NCBI GenBank assembly: GCA_003134555.1
Contig: PLBO01000154.1
Location: forward strand, 102,357-166,356
From: Actinomycetota bacterium
GTDB lineage: Bacteria; Actinomycetota; Acidimicrobiia; IMCC26256; PALSA-610
DNA length: 64,000 bases
Reading direction: 5' to 3'
Positions 1 to 8,916 of this stretch are shown piece by piece (within the stretch, counting starts at the first letter, position 1; every line of letters begins with the position of its first letter). The translations under genes were made by a program, and so were the position numbers. The notes under the pieces are model-generated. The model had not been told where the DNA came from and did not search any database. It saw only the letters and a list, made by a program, of their open reading frames with translations.

Positions 1-517
1 GGTGGAGGTTCATCGCGTCGATCCCGGCGGACGCGAGGTCGAACGCGTGCCGTTCGAGCGGCGTGCCGATCGCATTGCGCCGCTCGGAGTGCACGAGCTT
101 CACCCGCTTGTCGTCCCGCTGGGAGCGAAGGAGCGCAACGTCGGGGGAGCAGACCCAGAGTCGGTCCGAAGCATCGTGCGCGCGAGCGACCTCGACCAGT
201 GCGACGGCGGCGTCTGCACCCTTGACGTCGACCGAGCACTCGTACGCCGAGCCGAGCTCTCCGTAGACGTCGGCGAGCCGGGGGATCCCGTAGGTCGCCA
301 GCTCCTCGGCGGTCGTGGACGAGATCCGGCGCCGTCTCAGGCCCCGCGAAACGACCGGATCGTGGGCGCACACCACCTCGCCGTCGGCTGAGAGCCACAC
401 GTCGGTCTCGAGTCCGCTCGCACCTTGGTCGAGGGCGGCACGAAAGGCCGGAATCGTGTTCTCGGCCTCGATAAGCCGCGCACCACGATGGGCGAAGGTG
501 ATGACGGCCACGGCCAC
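1..517 (-). CDS. glycerophosphodiester phosphodiesterase family protein (N-terminal part; 3' end runs off the window)
   Basis: Absent from the ORF track because it is open at the window edge. Reverse translation from GTG at 517 (in-frame TGA at 520-518 upstream) reads VAVAVITFAHRGARLIEAENTIPAFRAALDQGASGLETDVWLSADGEVVCAHD, which carries the HRG..EN..E(T)D signature of GDPD enzymes. Confidence 0.7.
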   Translation of the reverse strand, partial: MAVAVITFAHRGARLIEAENTIPAFRAALDQGASGLETDVWLSADGEVVCAHDPVVSRGLRRRRISSTTAEELATYGIPRLADVYGELGSAYECSVDVKGADAAVALVEVARAHDASDRLWVCSPDVALLRSQRDDKRVKLVHSERRNAIGTPLERHAFDLASAGIDAMNLH

Positions 518-628
518 TCATCGTGCCATGCGGGTCGTAGACCCGCGGAGATATGACCAACGCCACCCTCCAGGAGCCTCAAGCGCCCCGGGGGGTCTGC
601 CGAAGGGTTTATCAGCCGCCACCGGCGG

Positions 629-1009
629 TTGATGGGGACTCGAAGCGGACCAGGGATGGGTGACGCGGTGACAACGATCCGGGCCAACTGCCCGAGCTGT
701 GGAGACGTCCAGCTGACCGCTGACGATCTGACGGTCCGCGTGTGCGCCGACGACGAGCGCGGCTCCTACTGCTTCCGGTGCCCCGACTGCCGTCAGGCCG
801 TGGCGAAGGAAGCCAGCCGGCGCATTGTCGACCTGTTGGTCTCGAGTGGCGTGCGTATGCAGGTCTGGCGCCTGCCGGCCGAGCTGAACGAATCGCGCGT
901 CGGTCCGCCGCTCACACCGGACGACCTCCTCGACTTCCATCTGCTCTTGGCCGGCAATGTCTGGTTCGAGCAGTTGGCGGCGCAAGTGCGTCGTTCGCTC
1001 AACCGCTAA
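629..1009 (+). CDS. zinc-ribbon protein, function unknown
   Basis: 126-aa ORF with CPSCG...CFRCPDC (two CxxC pairs). Normal amino-acid composition, unlike the overlapping Arg/Pro-rich shadow ORFs. Confidence 0.6.
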   Translation: MMGTRSGPGMGDAVTTIRANCPSCGDVQLTADDLTVRVCADDERGSYCFRCPDCRQAVAKEASRRIVDLLVSSGVRMQVWRLPAELNESRVGPPLTPDDLLDFHLLLAGNVWFEQLAAQVRRSLNR

Positions 1010-1018
1010 GGTCGCCGC

Positions 1019-1222
1019 GTGCTCTGGCTCGTTCCGTTCACGCTCTGCGTCGTCGGCCTGATGGCGCTCACCGTTCTCGCCGGCCGCGTGCGTCGGGAGA
1101 TATCGCCCACCGTTGCGGTCATCGACCGCTTCGGTCGGGAGCACCGCGTGGCGTTGACCACCGCGTTGGAACGCCTGCGCGACGAGACGGCGCAGACGCG
1201 ACGACGCCTTTCGGGCGACTGA
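1019..1222 (+). CDS. small membrane protein (hypothetical)
   Basis: 67-aa ORF with GTG start. N-terminal hydrophobic helix LWLVPFTLCVVGLMALTVLAG followed by a charged tail. Sits between two same-strand genes. Confidence 0.45.
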   Translation: MLWLVPFTLCVVGLMALTVLAGRVRREISPTVAVIDRFGREHRVALTTALERLRDETAQTRRRLSGD

Positions 1223-1279
1223 TCGCGCGGCCCGTCCGGGCCCGCGACGGTAGGATCGGCTCGTCGGCACTTCTTCGCC

Positions 1280-1630
1280 ATGAGCCTCGGACCCGAAAAG
1301 ATCATCCTCATCCTCGTGGTCGCGCTGATCGTCTTCGGGCCGCAGCGCCTCCCCGAGATCGCCCGCCAGGTCGGCGCTGCCATGCGCGAGTTGCGGCGTA
1401 TGCAGGACACCGTGCGCGACGAGCTGGAACAGGTGCTGCATCCCGACTTCGCGCCGCCGAGTCCAGGCGAGGAGTACACCGCGATCGAAGAGACCGGTCA
1501 CGCCGCCCTTCCCCCTGGTTCGCTCTCGGCGGCCGGGTCGTTCCCGCCGCAAGCCGTGCCCGAGAATGCGGGCGAGCAAACCGAGGACGTCGGCGACGAC
1601 GGCTTCGCCGGACCTCGATCGTTCAGCTGA
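1280..1630 (+). CDS. tatA: twin-arginine translocase TatA/TatB family protein
   Basis: N-terminus MSLGPEKIILILVVALIVFGPQRLPEIARQVG matches the TatA/E TM helix, FGP hinge and amphipathic helix. Lies directly upstream of tatC. Confidence 0.85.
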   Translation: MSLGPEKIILILVVALIVFGPQRLPEIARQVGAAMRELRRMQDTVRDELEQVLHPDFAPPSPGEEYTAIEETGHAALPPGSLSAAGSFPPQAVPENAGEQTEDVGDDGFAGPRSFS

Positions 1631-1653
1631 ATCGGCACTGCAGGGGCTGACCG

Positions 1654-2418
1654 ATGAGCGAACGGCAAGCAAACGAGGGGCGGATGACCCTCGTCGAGCA
1701 TCTCACCGAACTTCGGCGCCGGGTGATCATGAGCGCGGTGGTCCTCGTCGTGCTCACCGTCCTCGTCTTCGTCTTCTACAACCGACTGCTGCATTTCCTC
1801 TCCGGGCCCTACGAGCACGTCACCAAAGGCGAGCGCGGGAAGGGGTGCGGCGCGACCGCGACGACCGGCTGCAAGCTCATCGCCACCGGCCCGCTCGAGC
1901 CTCTACTGGTGAGGGTCAAGGTCTCGACCTACGGGGGCATCGCGCTGTCGGTGCCGTTCGTGTTCTGGCAGATCTGGCGCTTCGTGACGCCGGGCCTGCA
2001 CAAGAACGAACGGCGTTACGGCATCGGCTTCCTGATTGCGATCGCGGCGCTGTTCGCGCTCGGCGCGGTGGTTGCCTGGTTCACCGTCGAAAAGGCGCTG
2101 GAGTTCCTGCTCAGCGCGGGCGGATCCGGAATTCAACCGTTCGTCACCGCCGACAAGTACCTGACCCTGGTCACGCTCATGATCGCCGCGTTCGGAGTCG
2201 CGTTCGAGTTCCCGGTGCTCCTGGTCTTCTTGTTGCTGGTCAGAGCCGTGAACACCCGCCAGCTCCGCAGCATCCGGCGCTGGATGATTGTCGGGATCGT
2301 GACCTTCGCGGCAGTGATCACCCCGAGCTCCGACCCGTTCTCCCTATTCTTCATGGCTGTCCCCATGTACCTCTTCTACGAGATCGCGATCGTGATCGGG
2401 CGGGTGATGAAACGGTGA
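1654..2418 (+). CDS. tatC: twin-arginine translocase subunit TatC
   Basis: 254 aa, polytopic. MTLVEHLTELRRRV N-terminus is typical of TatC. The tatA-tatC-helY order is conserved in actinobacteria. Start could instead be the internal ATG (MTLVEH). Confidence 0.9.
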   Translation: MSERQANEGRMTLVEHLTELRRRVIMSAVVLVVLTVLVFVFYNRLLHFLSGPYEHVTKGERGKGCGATATTGCKLIATGPLEPLLVRVKVSTYGGIALSVPFVFWQIWRFVTPGLHKNERRYGIGFLIAIAALFALGAVVAWFTVEKALEFLLSAGGSGIQPFVTADKYLTLVTLMIAAFGVAFEFPVLLVFLLLVRAVNTRQLRSIRRWMIVGIVTFAAVITPSSDPFSLFFMAVPMYLFYEIAIVIGRVMKR

Positions 2419-2425
2419 CGCAACC

Positions 2426-2944
2426 ATGAGCCCTTCCAAAACCCGTCAGCAGTTCGTCCCGTCGCGGCCGCGCGCGGAGGTGATCACGGCCGTCGCCGTC
2501 GGTGTGGCCATCGTCGCGGGCACGGCGTTGTTGATCTGGCTCATCCGCCCGGGCAAGGTCGGCGTACCCGGTGGAGGGGGCCTGCTGAGTCGACAGTCGC
2601 GCATGACGATCCTGCTCGTCCTGACCGCCGCCGCGCTCGGGGGCGTCCTCTTCAGGGTCCGGCGCGGGCGCCACCGCCTGAAGCGGCTCGGCGAGCGCGG
2701 GACGATCATCGTCGGATTCGCCGTCGTGATCGTGCTCGCGATCCTCGGCGGGATCTTCTGGCCGGGCGGAGTGGTGCGGCACTGGCCGAAGCAACCGAAG
2801 ATCGCCAACACCCCCGCGACCAATCCGATCTCGGTACCCTCGAGCACACCGGCCAACACCGGACCGAGCACCACGGCGAAGACGGGCACAACGGTGAAAC
2901 CAGCCACGAGCAGCTCGACACCGCCCACCACCAAGGGCCGGTGA
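2426..2944 (+). CDS. membrane protein with Pro/Thr/Ser-rich C-terminal tail (hypothetical)
   Basis: 172 aa with 3 hydrophobic segments and a low-complexity tail PATNPISVPSSTPANTGPSTTAKTGTT. The stop overlaps the helY GTG (GTGA). Confidence 0.55.
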   Translation: MSPSKTRQQFVPSRPRAEVITAVAVGVAIVAGTALLIWLIRPGKVGVPGGGGLLSRQSRMTILLVLTAAALGGVLFRVRRGRHRLKRLGERGTIIVGFAVVIVLAILGGIFWPGGVVRHWPKQPKIANTPATNPISVPSSTPANTGPSTTAKTGTTVKPATSSSTPPTTKGR

Positions 2945-5568
2945 CGACCGCCGAGATCCGGGCGGCGTTCACGGCGGAACGGCCGTTTCCACTGGACCAG
3001 TTCCAGCTCGACGCGCTCGACGCGCTCGACGCCGGGCGGTCGGTGCTCGTGGCGGCACCCACGGGATCGGGCAAGACCCTCGTCGCCGAGTACGCGATCG
3101 CGCGCGCGCTCGCCGAGGGCGCAAAGGCCTTCTACACGACTCCGCTCAAGGCCCTGTCGAACCAGAAGTACGGCGACTTCGTGCGCGCGTACGGCGCCGA
3201 CCGCGTCGGCCTCCTCACCGGCGACAACGCGATCAACGGCGACGCACCGGTGGTCGTGATGACGACCGAGGTCCTGCGCAACATGATCTACGCCGGCTCC
3301 CACGCCCTCGACGGGCTCCGCTACGTGGTGCTCGACGAGGTGCACTACCTCCAGGATCGCTCGCGGGGCGCGGTGTGGGAGGAAGTGATCATCCACCTCC
3401 CGTCCGACATCAAGATCGTCGCGCTGTCCGCGACGGTGTCCAACGCGGAGGAGGTCGCGGCCTGGATGCAAACAGTGCGCGGCGCCACCGAGACGGTGAT
3501 CGAAGAGCAGCGGCCGGTCGACCTGGTGCATCTTTACCTCGTCGGCGACCGCGGCGCGCCGAGCCTGCACCTCGTGCCGACGTTCGTCGACCACGACGGC
3601 GAGTCGCGCCCGAACCCGGTGGCCACCCGTCTCGACGGACGCAACGTTCCCGATCGCGGGCAGCGCCGGCGGCGGCTGTACAAGCCGTGGCGCACCGAGG
3701 TGGTCGAACGCCTCGCGGAGGAACGGATGCTTCCGGCGATCGTGTTCGTGTTCTCCCGTACCGGATGCGACCAGGCGGTCGAGCAATGTCTCGCGTCGGG
3801 TATTCGGCTCACCGATGCCGACGAGCGCCGTGCGTTGCGCGCGATCGCGGAGCGGCACGTCGAGTCGCTCTCGGACGCCGACCTCGACGTGCTGGGCTAC
3901 GACACGTGGCTCGCGGGTATGGAGGCGGGCGTCGCCGCGCATCACGCCGGTCTGGTGCCGCCGATGAAAGAAGCAGTCGAGGAAGGCTTCTCGTCGGGCC
4001 TGTTGAAGGTCGTGTTCGCGACCGAGACGCTGGCGCTCGGGATCAACATGCCGGCGCGGTCGGTGGTCATCGAGAAGCTCTCCAAGTTCACCGGCGAGCA
4101 CCACGAGTTCCTGACGCCGGGCGAGTACACCCAACTCGCGGGACGCGCCGGGCGCCGAGGAATCGACGAGGTCGGCTACGTCGTGGTGCTCTGGGATCCG
4201 TTCGTGCCCTTCGAACAGGTCGCGGGCCTCGCTTCTCGTCGGACGTACGCACTGACTTCTTCGTTTCACCCGACCTACAACATGGCGGCGAACCTGGTGC
4301 AGCGCTATCCGCCGCAACAAGCGCGCCATCTGCTGAACCTGTCGTTCGCGCAGTTCCACGCCGACCGCGACGTCGTCGCGGTCGAACGCGAGCTGGAGCT
4401 GCGGCGCTCGCAGCTCGCGGAGGCCCAGGCCGCCGCGGTGCATCCGGCCGGTGACGTGCACGAATACCGACGTCTCCTCGCCGAGCTCGATGCGGGACGC
4501 CGCGCGGCGCACGGACGATCCGACGGTCGCTTCGACACGCTCCGGCCCGGAGACGTGCTGATCGTGCCGAAACGCGGCGGCAAGGTCGTCGTGCTCAAAC
4601 AGGAGCGGGGGAGCGGTCCGCAGCGAATTCTTGCGCTGACCCAGGGGAAGTCGCTCGTACGGCTCTCGCCCCACGACTTTCGCGGCCAGCTCCGGAAGGT
4701 GGCGACGATCGATCTGCCGCGGCCGTACGCGCCGCGGAGCCAATCGTTCCAGCGCGCCGCCGTCGACGCCCTGCGCCGCCTGAAGGTCGACGACGCGGAG
4801 CTCCCTGTCGAGACCGACCGCGACGTCAAAGCGCTGCAGGCTGAAGTCGCGTCCCACCCGTTGCACAATGTCCCCGGCGTCGACGTGGCGTTGCGCGCGG
4901 CGTGGCAAGCCGACCGGATCGCGCGCGACATCGCCCGGCTGGAGCGGCAGGTCTCGTCTCGCGGCGAGAGCCTGGCCCGCCAGTTCGATCGGGTCCTCGG
5001 CGTGCTCACGACATGGGGCTACGTCGAAGAATGGACCCTGACCGACGCGGGCCGGCTGCTGACCCGGCTCAACAGCGAAGGTGAGCTCGTCGTCGCGGAG
5101 GCGTTGCGCGAGGGACGGCTCGACGGCGTCGATCCCGCGACCATGGCGGCGGTCGTGTCGTGCTTCACCTTCCAGCGGCGCGGGCCCGACAGCAACGACG
5201 CGATGCCCCCGCGCCGCTGGCCGAACCAGGAGGTCGCACGCCGCAGCCGCGCGCTCGACGGAGTCTGGCGCGACCTCCACCTCGCGGAGCGCGAGGCGCG
5301 TCTGCCCGAGACCCGCCGGCCTGATCCCGGATTCACCGCTGCGATCTACGCCTGGGCGATGGGCGAGGACCTGGCCGACGTCCTCGAGGACGAGGAGATG
5401 ACGGGCGGCGACTTCGTGCGCAACGTCAAGCAGACGATCGACCTGCTGCACCAGATCGCCGACATCGTGCCCAACGAGATCACCGCCACGACGGCCCGGG
5501 CCGCCGCGGATGCGTGCCTGCGGGGCGTCATCGCGGCGTCGAGCATCGTCAAGGCACCGGCGGCATGA
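2941..5568 (+). CDS. helY: Ski2-like DEAD/DEAH-box RNA helicase HelY
   Basis: 875 aa. Walker A AAPTGSGKT and DEVH box (VLDEVHYL). Size and position downstream of tatC match actinobacterial helY. Confidence 0.9.
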   Translation: MTTAEIRAAFTAERPFPLDQFQLDALDALDAGRSVLVAAPTGSGKTLVAEYAIARALAEGAKAFYTTPLKALSNQKYGDFVRAYGADRVGLLTGDNAINGDAPVVVMTTEVLRNMIYAGSHALDGLRYVVLDEVHYLQDRSRGAVWEEVIIHLPSDIKIVALSATVSNAEEVAAWMQTVRGATETVIEEQRPVDLVHLYLVGDRGAPSLHLVPTFVDHDGESRPNPVATRLDGRNVPDRGQRRRRLYKPWRTEVVERLAEERMLPAIVFVFSRTGCDQAVEQCLASGIRLTDADERRALRAIAERHVESLSDADLDVLGYDTWLAGMEAGVAAHHAGLVPPMKEAVEEGFSSGLLKVVFATETLALGINMPARSVVIEKLSKFTGEHHEFLTPGEYTQLAGRAGRRGIDEVGYVVVLWDPFVPFEQVAGLASRRTYALTSSFHPTYNMAANLVQRYPPQQARHLLNLSFAQFHADRDVVAVERELELRRSQLAEAQAAAVHPAGDVHEYRRLLAELDAGRRAAHGRSDGRFDTLRPGDVLIVPKRGGKVVVLKQERGSGPQRILALTQGKSLVRLSPHDFRGQLRKVATIDLPRPYAPRSQSFQRAAVDALRRLKVDDAELPVETDRDVKALQAEVASHPLHNVPGVDVALRAAWQADRIARDIARLERQVSSRGESLARQFDRVLGVLTTWGYVEEWTLTDAGRLLTRLNSEGELVVAEALREGRLDGVDPATMAAVVSCFTFQRRGPDSNDAMPPRRWPNQEVARRSRALDGVWRDLHLAEREARLPETRRPDPGFTAAIYAWAMGEDLADVLEDEEMTGGDFVRNVKQTIDLLHQIADIVPNEITATTARAAADACLRGVIAASSIVKAPAA

Positions 5569-6218
5569 TCAAACCGGGCGAGCCGTGGGGTCGACCTACG
5601 ACGGCACCGCCCGATCTGGAGGTCACCGGCGGCGACGCCGATCTCGCGTCGGCAGTCGCGGGCCGGCCCGGCGCCCTCGTGCGCTTCCGGCCCGATCCCT
5701 CGTCCGACCTCGCCCGCGCGGTCGGCCTCGGCGCCGGCCCGGTCGTCGCGCTGGGCGTCGAGGTGCCCCTCGATCTCCTGCGCATCGACGACGGCCCGGT
5801 CGCGAGCAACATGATCGTGCTCGGCATCCCACCCGAGGCGCTCGGCCGGTTCTCCGGGCGCTTCGGCGCGAACGTGCGGGTCGATTCGAGGCCGGTGTTC
5901 CACGGACCGTGCACGACCGTGGTGATCTCGACCGGCGAGTTCCGCCGCGGCCTCGACCTCGTCCCCCGCGGACATCCCGGCGACGGTCGCGCCGAGGTGC
6001 AGATCTACGCCGTACCGGGCCGGCAACGGAGGCAGCTCCGGACCCGCCTGACCACCGGCACCCATGTGCCGCACCCGGGGATCACGCAGCGCTCCGGCGC
6101 CCGGGTCACCGTCAGCATCGACCGACGGGTCGCCCTCGAGGTCGACGGCCGCCCGGCGCCCGCCACCGACCTCGTCGACATCACCGTCGTCCCGAACGCC
6201 TACCGCCTCCTCCTTTGA
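5565..6218 (+). CDS. hypothetical protein, possibly diacylglycerol-kinase/YegS-like beta-sandwich domain
   Basis: The ATG at 5565 overlaps the helY stop (ATGA). The ...GHPGDGRAEVQIY...LEVDGRP...ITVVPNAY pattern resembles the C-terminal half of the DAGK/NAD-kinase fold. The product call is weak. Confidence 0.5.
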   Translation: MIKPGEPWGRPTTAPPDLEVTGGDADLASAVAGRPGALVRFRPDPSSDLARAVGLGAGPVVALGVEVPLDLLRIDDGPVASNMIVLGIPPEALGRFSGRFGANVRVDSRPVFHGPCTTVVISTGEFRRGLDLVPRGHPGDGRAEVQIYAVPGRQRRQLRTRLTTGTHVPHPGITQRSGARVTVSIDRRVALEVDGRPAPATDLVDITVVPNAYRLLL

Positions 6219-6239
6219 CCCCAAGGCCTCAAAACCGCG

Positions 6240-6302
6240 CCAACAGTTGGGCGCGAAACCGGCGCCGGAGACCCGGAATTGCACCCAACAGTTGGGCGCG
6301 AA
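6240..6302. promoter_or_regulatory. two direct copies of an 18-nt motif CCAACAGTTGGGCGCGAA, each with a CCAAC-N-GTTGG palindrome; candidate operator pair
   Basis: Copies at 6240-6257 and 6285-6302, 45 bp apart start to start. They lie in the 116-bp gap upstream of the ThyX-like gene. Confidence 0.35.
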
Positions 6303-6334
6303 GCGGCGCAAGGTGGGGGCGGGTGAGATGCGCG

Positions 6335-7972
6335 ATGGCCGACCGAACCGTCGCTACCATCGCCAGTCCCATGCTCTATGCGCCGGAGACGTTCACCGAC
6401 AGCGAGGCGGCTCGTCTTCGACCGTATTTCACGAATCTCGACGGTCCGGTCTTCGCGCTGACCAACCTTCCCGAGGTGGTCAAAGGGGCGCTCTTCGCGC
6501 GTTACTCGCGCTCCGACAAGAGCCTGCGAAGGTTGTTCCTCGACGAATTCGTCGGCGACCTCGACCTCACGGGCGACCTCACAGTCGACGCGACCGTCGG
6601 CCTCAAGCGCGCCGAAGACCTCTACGAACGGGTCTTCTTCGAGTACGGCGACGACTCGGTGGCCCAGCTCGGCGGCGTGCACCTCGCGTGCGAGCAGGCA
6701 TCGAACCTGCTCACGAAGGTTCTCGAGTGGGGCCGGCTGATGGCTTACCTCGAGCAGTCGACCCGTTACATCCCGTACGACTCGCGGCTGCAGGGGCGCT
6801 ACCGCTACCTGCGCCCGTCCCACGTGTGCGCCTCGCCGATGGGGACCCGCTACGTCTCCGATCTCGACGCGCTGTTCGACATCTACAGCGCATCGCTGCC
6901 GGCGATGATGGAGTGGGCGCGCGAGCAGTACCCGAAGCAGCCGACCGACTCCGACTTCGTCTACAAGCAGACGATCAAGGCGAAGGCCTGCGACACGCTC
7001 CGGGGGCTGCTGCCGGCCGCCACACTCTCGAACGTCGGCATCTACGGCACGGGCCAGGCCTTCGAGGCTCTGCTCTTGCGCATGCGTGCCCATCCGCTGC
7101 CCGAGGCCCGGATGTACGCCCAGCTGATGCTCGACGAGCTCCGCAAGGTCATCCCGTCGTTCCTCGTGCGCGTCGACCGCCCCGAGCGCGGGGGAGCGTG
7201 GTCGTCGTATCTGGCCGCGACGCGCGACGACACGCACGCGCTCGTCCAGCGCCTGTTCGGCGACGAGCGACCGGAGCCGACCAACGAGGTCAGCCTCGTC
7301 GACTGGGATCCCGACGGCGAGGACAAGGTCCTCGCCGCGATCTGCTACCCGCACACACGTCTGCCGGAGGCGCAGCTGCTCGAGCGCGTGCGCGCGCTGC
7401 CGGCCGACGATCGGGTCGCGCTCATGCGCGCCTACGTCGGCGAGCGCACCAATCGCCGGCACAAGCCGGGCCGGGCATTCGAGCGAACTGCGTACCGTTT
7501 CGACGTCCTCGGCGACTACGGCGCGTTCCGCGACCTGCAGCGCCACCGGATGCTGACGATCGAATGGCAGCAGCTCACGCCGCACCACGGCTACGAGATG
7601 CCCGCACCGGTGAGTGATGCCGGGCTCGCGCAGCGCTACGACGAAGCGATGGAGCGTTCGGCGGGTCTGTACGCCGCGCTCGTCGAGCCGTTCCCCGACC
7701 AGGCTGCGTACGCGGTCTCGCTCGGCTACCGCATGCGCTACGTCATGCACATGAACGCGCGCGAGGCGATGCATCTCTGCGAGCTCCGGAGCTCGCCGCA
7801 GGGCCACCCCACGTATCGCCGCGTCGCGCAGGAGATGCATCGCCAGATCGCGGAGCGCGCCGGACACCGCGCGATCGCGGAAGCGATGCGCTTCGTCGAC
7901 CACGGAACGTACGATCTCGAGCGTCTTGACGCAGAGCGCGCGGCTGAGACGCGTCGCGCGTTGCCGAGCTGA
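6335..7972 (+). CDS. long-form ThyX (Thy1)-like FAD-dependent thymidylate synthase family protein
   Basis: 545 aa from MADRTVATIASP. The ATG at 6335 is in frame with the track ORF 5510..7972, whose upstream part is Arg/Pro junk. It contains LQRHRMLT (the RHR core of the ThyX motif) and ELRSSPQGHPTYR. The family call rests on motif memory only. Confidence 0.65.
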   Translation: MADRTVATIASPMLYAPETFTDSEAARLRPYFTNLDGPVFALTNLPEVVKGALFARYSRSDKSLRRLFLDEFVGDLDLTGDLTVDATVGLKRAEDLYERVFFEYGDDSVAQLGGVHLACEQASNLLTKVLEWGRLMAYLEQSTRYIPYDSRLQGRYRYLRPSHVCASPMGTRYVSDLDALFDIYSASLPAMMEWAREQYPKQPTDSDFVYKQTIKAKACDTLRGLLPAATLSNVGIYGTGQAFEALLLRMRAHPLPEARMYAQLMLDELRKVIPSFLVRVDRPERGGAWSSYLAATRDDTHALVQRLFGDERPEPTNEVSLVDWDPDGEDKVLAAICYPHTRLPEAQLLERVRALPADDRVALMRAYVGERTNRRHKPGRAFERTAYRFDVLGDYGAFRDLQRHRMLTIEWQQLTPHHGYEMPAPVSDAGLAQRYDEAMERSAGLYAALVEPFPDQAAYAVSLGYRMRYVMHMNAREAMHLCELRSSPQGHPTYRRVAQEMHRQIAERAGHRAIAEAMRFVDHGTYDLERLDAERAAETRRALPS

Positions 7973-7999
7973 ACCAACGACGATTTTTTCGTTGAATCG

Positions 8000-8033
8000 T
8001 TGACCAGCACCGACGCGCGTCCGTGCTGGTCAA
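8000..8033 (+). terminator. near-perfect 34-nt palindrome/hairpin 28 nt after the thyX-like stop
   Basis: TTGACCAGCAC-c-GACGCGCGTC-c-GTGCTGGTCAA: 11-bp outer arms plus an inner GC palindrome. There is no downstream T-tract, so it could be a U-tract-less terminator or a protein-binding palindrome. Confidence 0.4.
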
Positions 8034-8445
8034 CGGGTTCCGGTGCGGCTTGACATCGTTGCGCCATTGAGGCTGACTACTCCCCGCCCTTGGTTTCGGA
8101 GTCGACGACCCAGGCCGCGCGAACGCCGGATTGCCGGTAGTGCTGCAAAGGGGGCGAAGCGTTTCGAAGGGGTTGGGCGGTCGTCCGGGAGTCTTCGTTA
8201 GAGAACGTTGCGATAACCCGTCTGCCGTGCGCAGACCGGGCCACCCAGCGGCCCCGACGGTCTCCCGACCGGTCCGCTCACCCCCTTTGGCCGCTCCGAC
8301 GAGGTGCATTCAGGCGATCACCGAACCCCTTTCCGGCGGCGTTATACTCCGCGCCCCCAAAGGCGGCAACGTGAGTGGGAAGGATTGTCGCGACGCGACG
8401 GTTACACGCCCGTTACCCGTTCCTCCCCGCGAGAAGGCACCCTGA

Positions 8446-8916
8446 ATGAGTGACGACGACGACTTCGAGGACGAGCCCACACTCGAAGAAGACGACATCG
8501 ACGCGGACGTTCTCGAAGACGACTTCGTCGAAGATGACGAAGCGGTGGTCGACGAGGACATCGTCGACATCGTCGACGATGAGATCATCGATGTAGTCGC
8601 GGTTCCCGGCGTTCTCGTGGCGCCCGCGGAACCCGCCCCCGAGGAGGAAGAAGAGGACGACGTCGTCGATCTCGACGAGGAGCTCCACCCGGACGACGTC
8701 GAGGAAGCCCTCGACGTCGTCCTGCGCGAGCGCACCGTCGCCGCGGGTCTCGAAGAAGAAGAGGACGACGACGACGAGCCCGACGATCGGGGTGAGGCCG
8801 GCACCAAGATTGTGCCGCGCCGCGAGAACGAGTTCCTGTGCAAGAGCTGCTTCTTGGTGCTCCCTCGCCATCAGCTCGCCGACGAGAAGCGCATGATCTG
8901 CCGCGACTGCGCGTGA
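8446..8916 (+). CDS. DUF4193-like acidic protein with C-terminal zinc ribbon
   Basis: 156 aa with an extremely Asp/Glu-rich N-terminal two thirds. C-terminus FLCKSCFLVLPRHQLADEKRMICRDCA (CxxC...CxxC) is typical of the actinobacterial DUF4193 family. Confidence 0.8.
   Translation: MSDDDDFEDEPTLEEDDIDADVLEDDFVEDDEAVVDEDIVDIVDDEIIDVVAVPGVLVAPAEPAPEEEEEDDVVDLDEELHPDDVEEALDVVLRERTVAAGLEEEEDDDDEPDDRGEAGTKIVPRRENEFLCKSCFLVLPRHQLADEKRMICRDCA

Noticed and set aside
518-1672. 384-aa reverse-strand ORF spanning the zinc-ribbon, small-membrane and tatA genes
   Set aside because: It is Arg/Ala/Gly/Pro-rich with no motifs and is antisense to three compact, recognisable + strand genes. This is a typical high-G+C shadow ORF.
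2446-5451. 1001-aa reverse-strand ORF
   Set aside because: It is entirely antisense to helY, which has clear helicase motifs. Its composition is dominated by R, A, G and P.
5510-6334. N-terminal 275 codons of ORF 5510..7972, and the 6064..7617 ORF
   Set aside because: They are extremely Arg/Pro-rich and overlap the 5565..6218 gene. ThyX-like sequence only begins at MADRTV (6335).
8131-8445. 104-aa ORF filling the long gap before the DUF4193 gene
   Set aside because: It has Pro/Arg/Gly-rich shadow-type composition, no RBS and no motif.
8446-8800. GA/GAC-rich low-complexity DNA
   Set aside because: It encodes the acidic Asp/Glu tract of the DUF4193-like protein and is not an independent repeat element.
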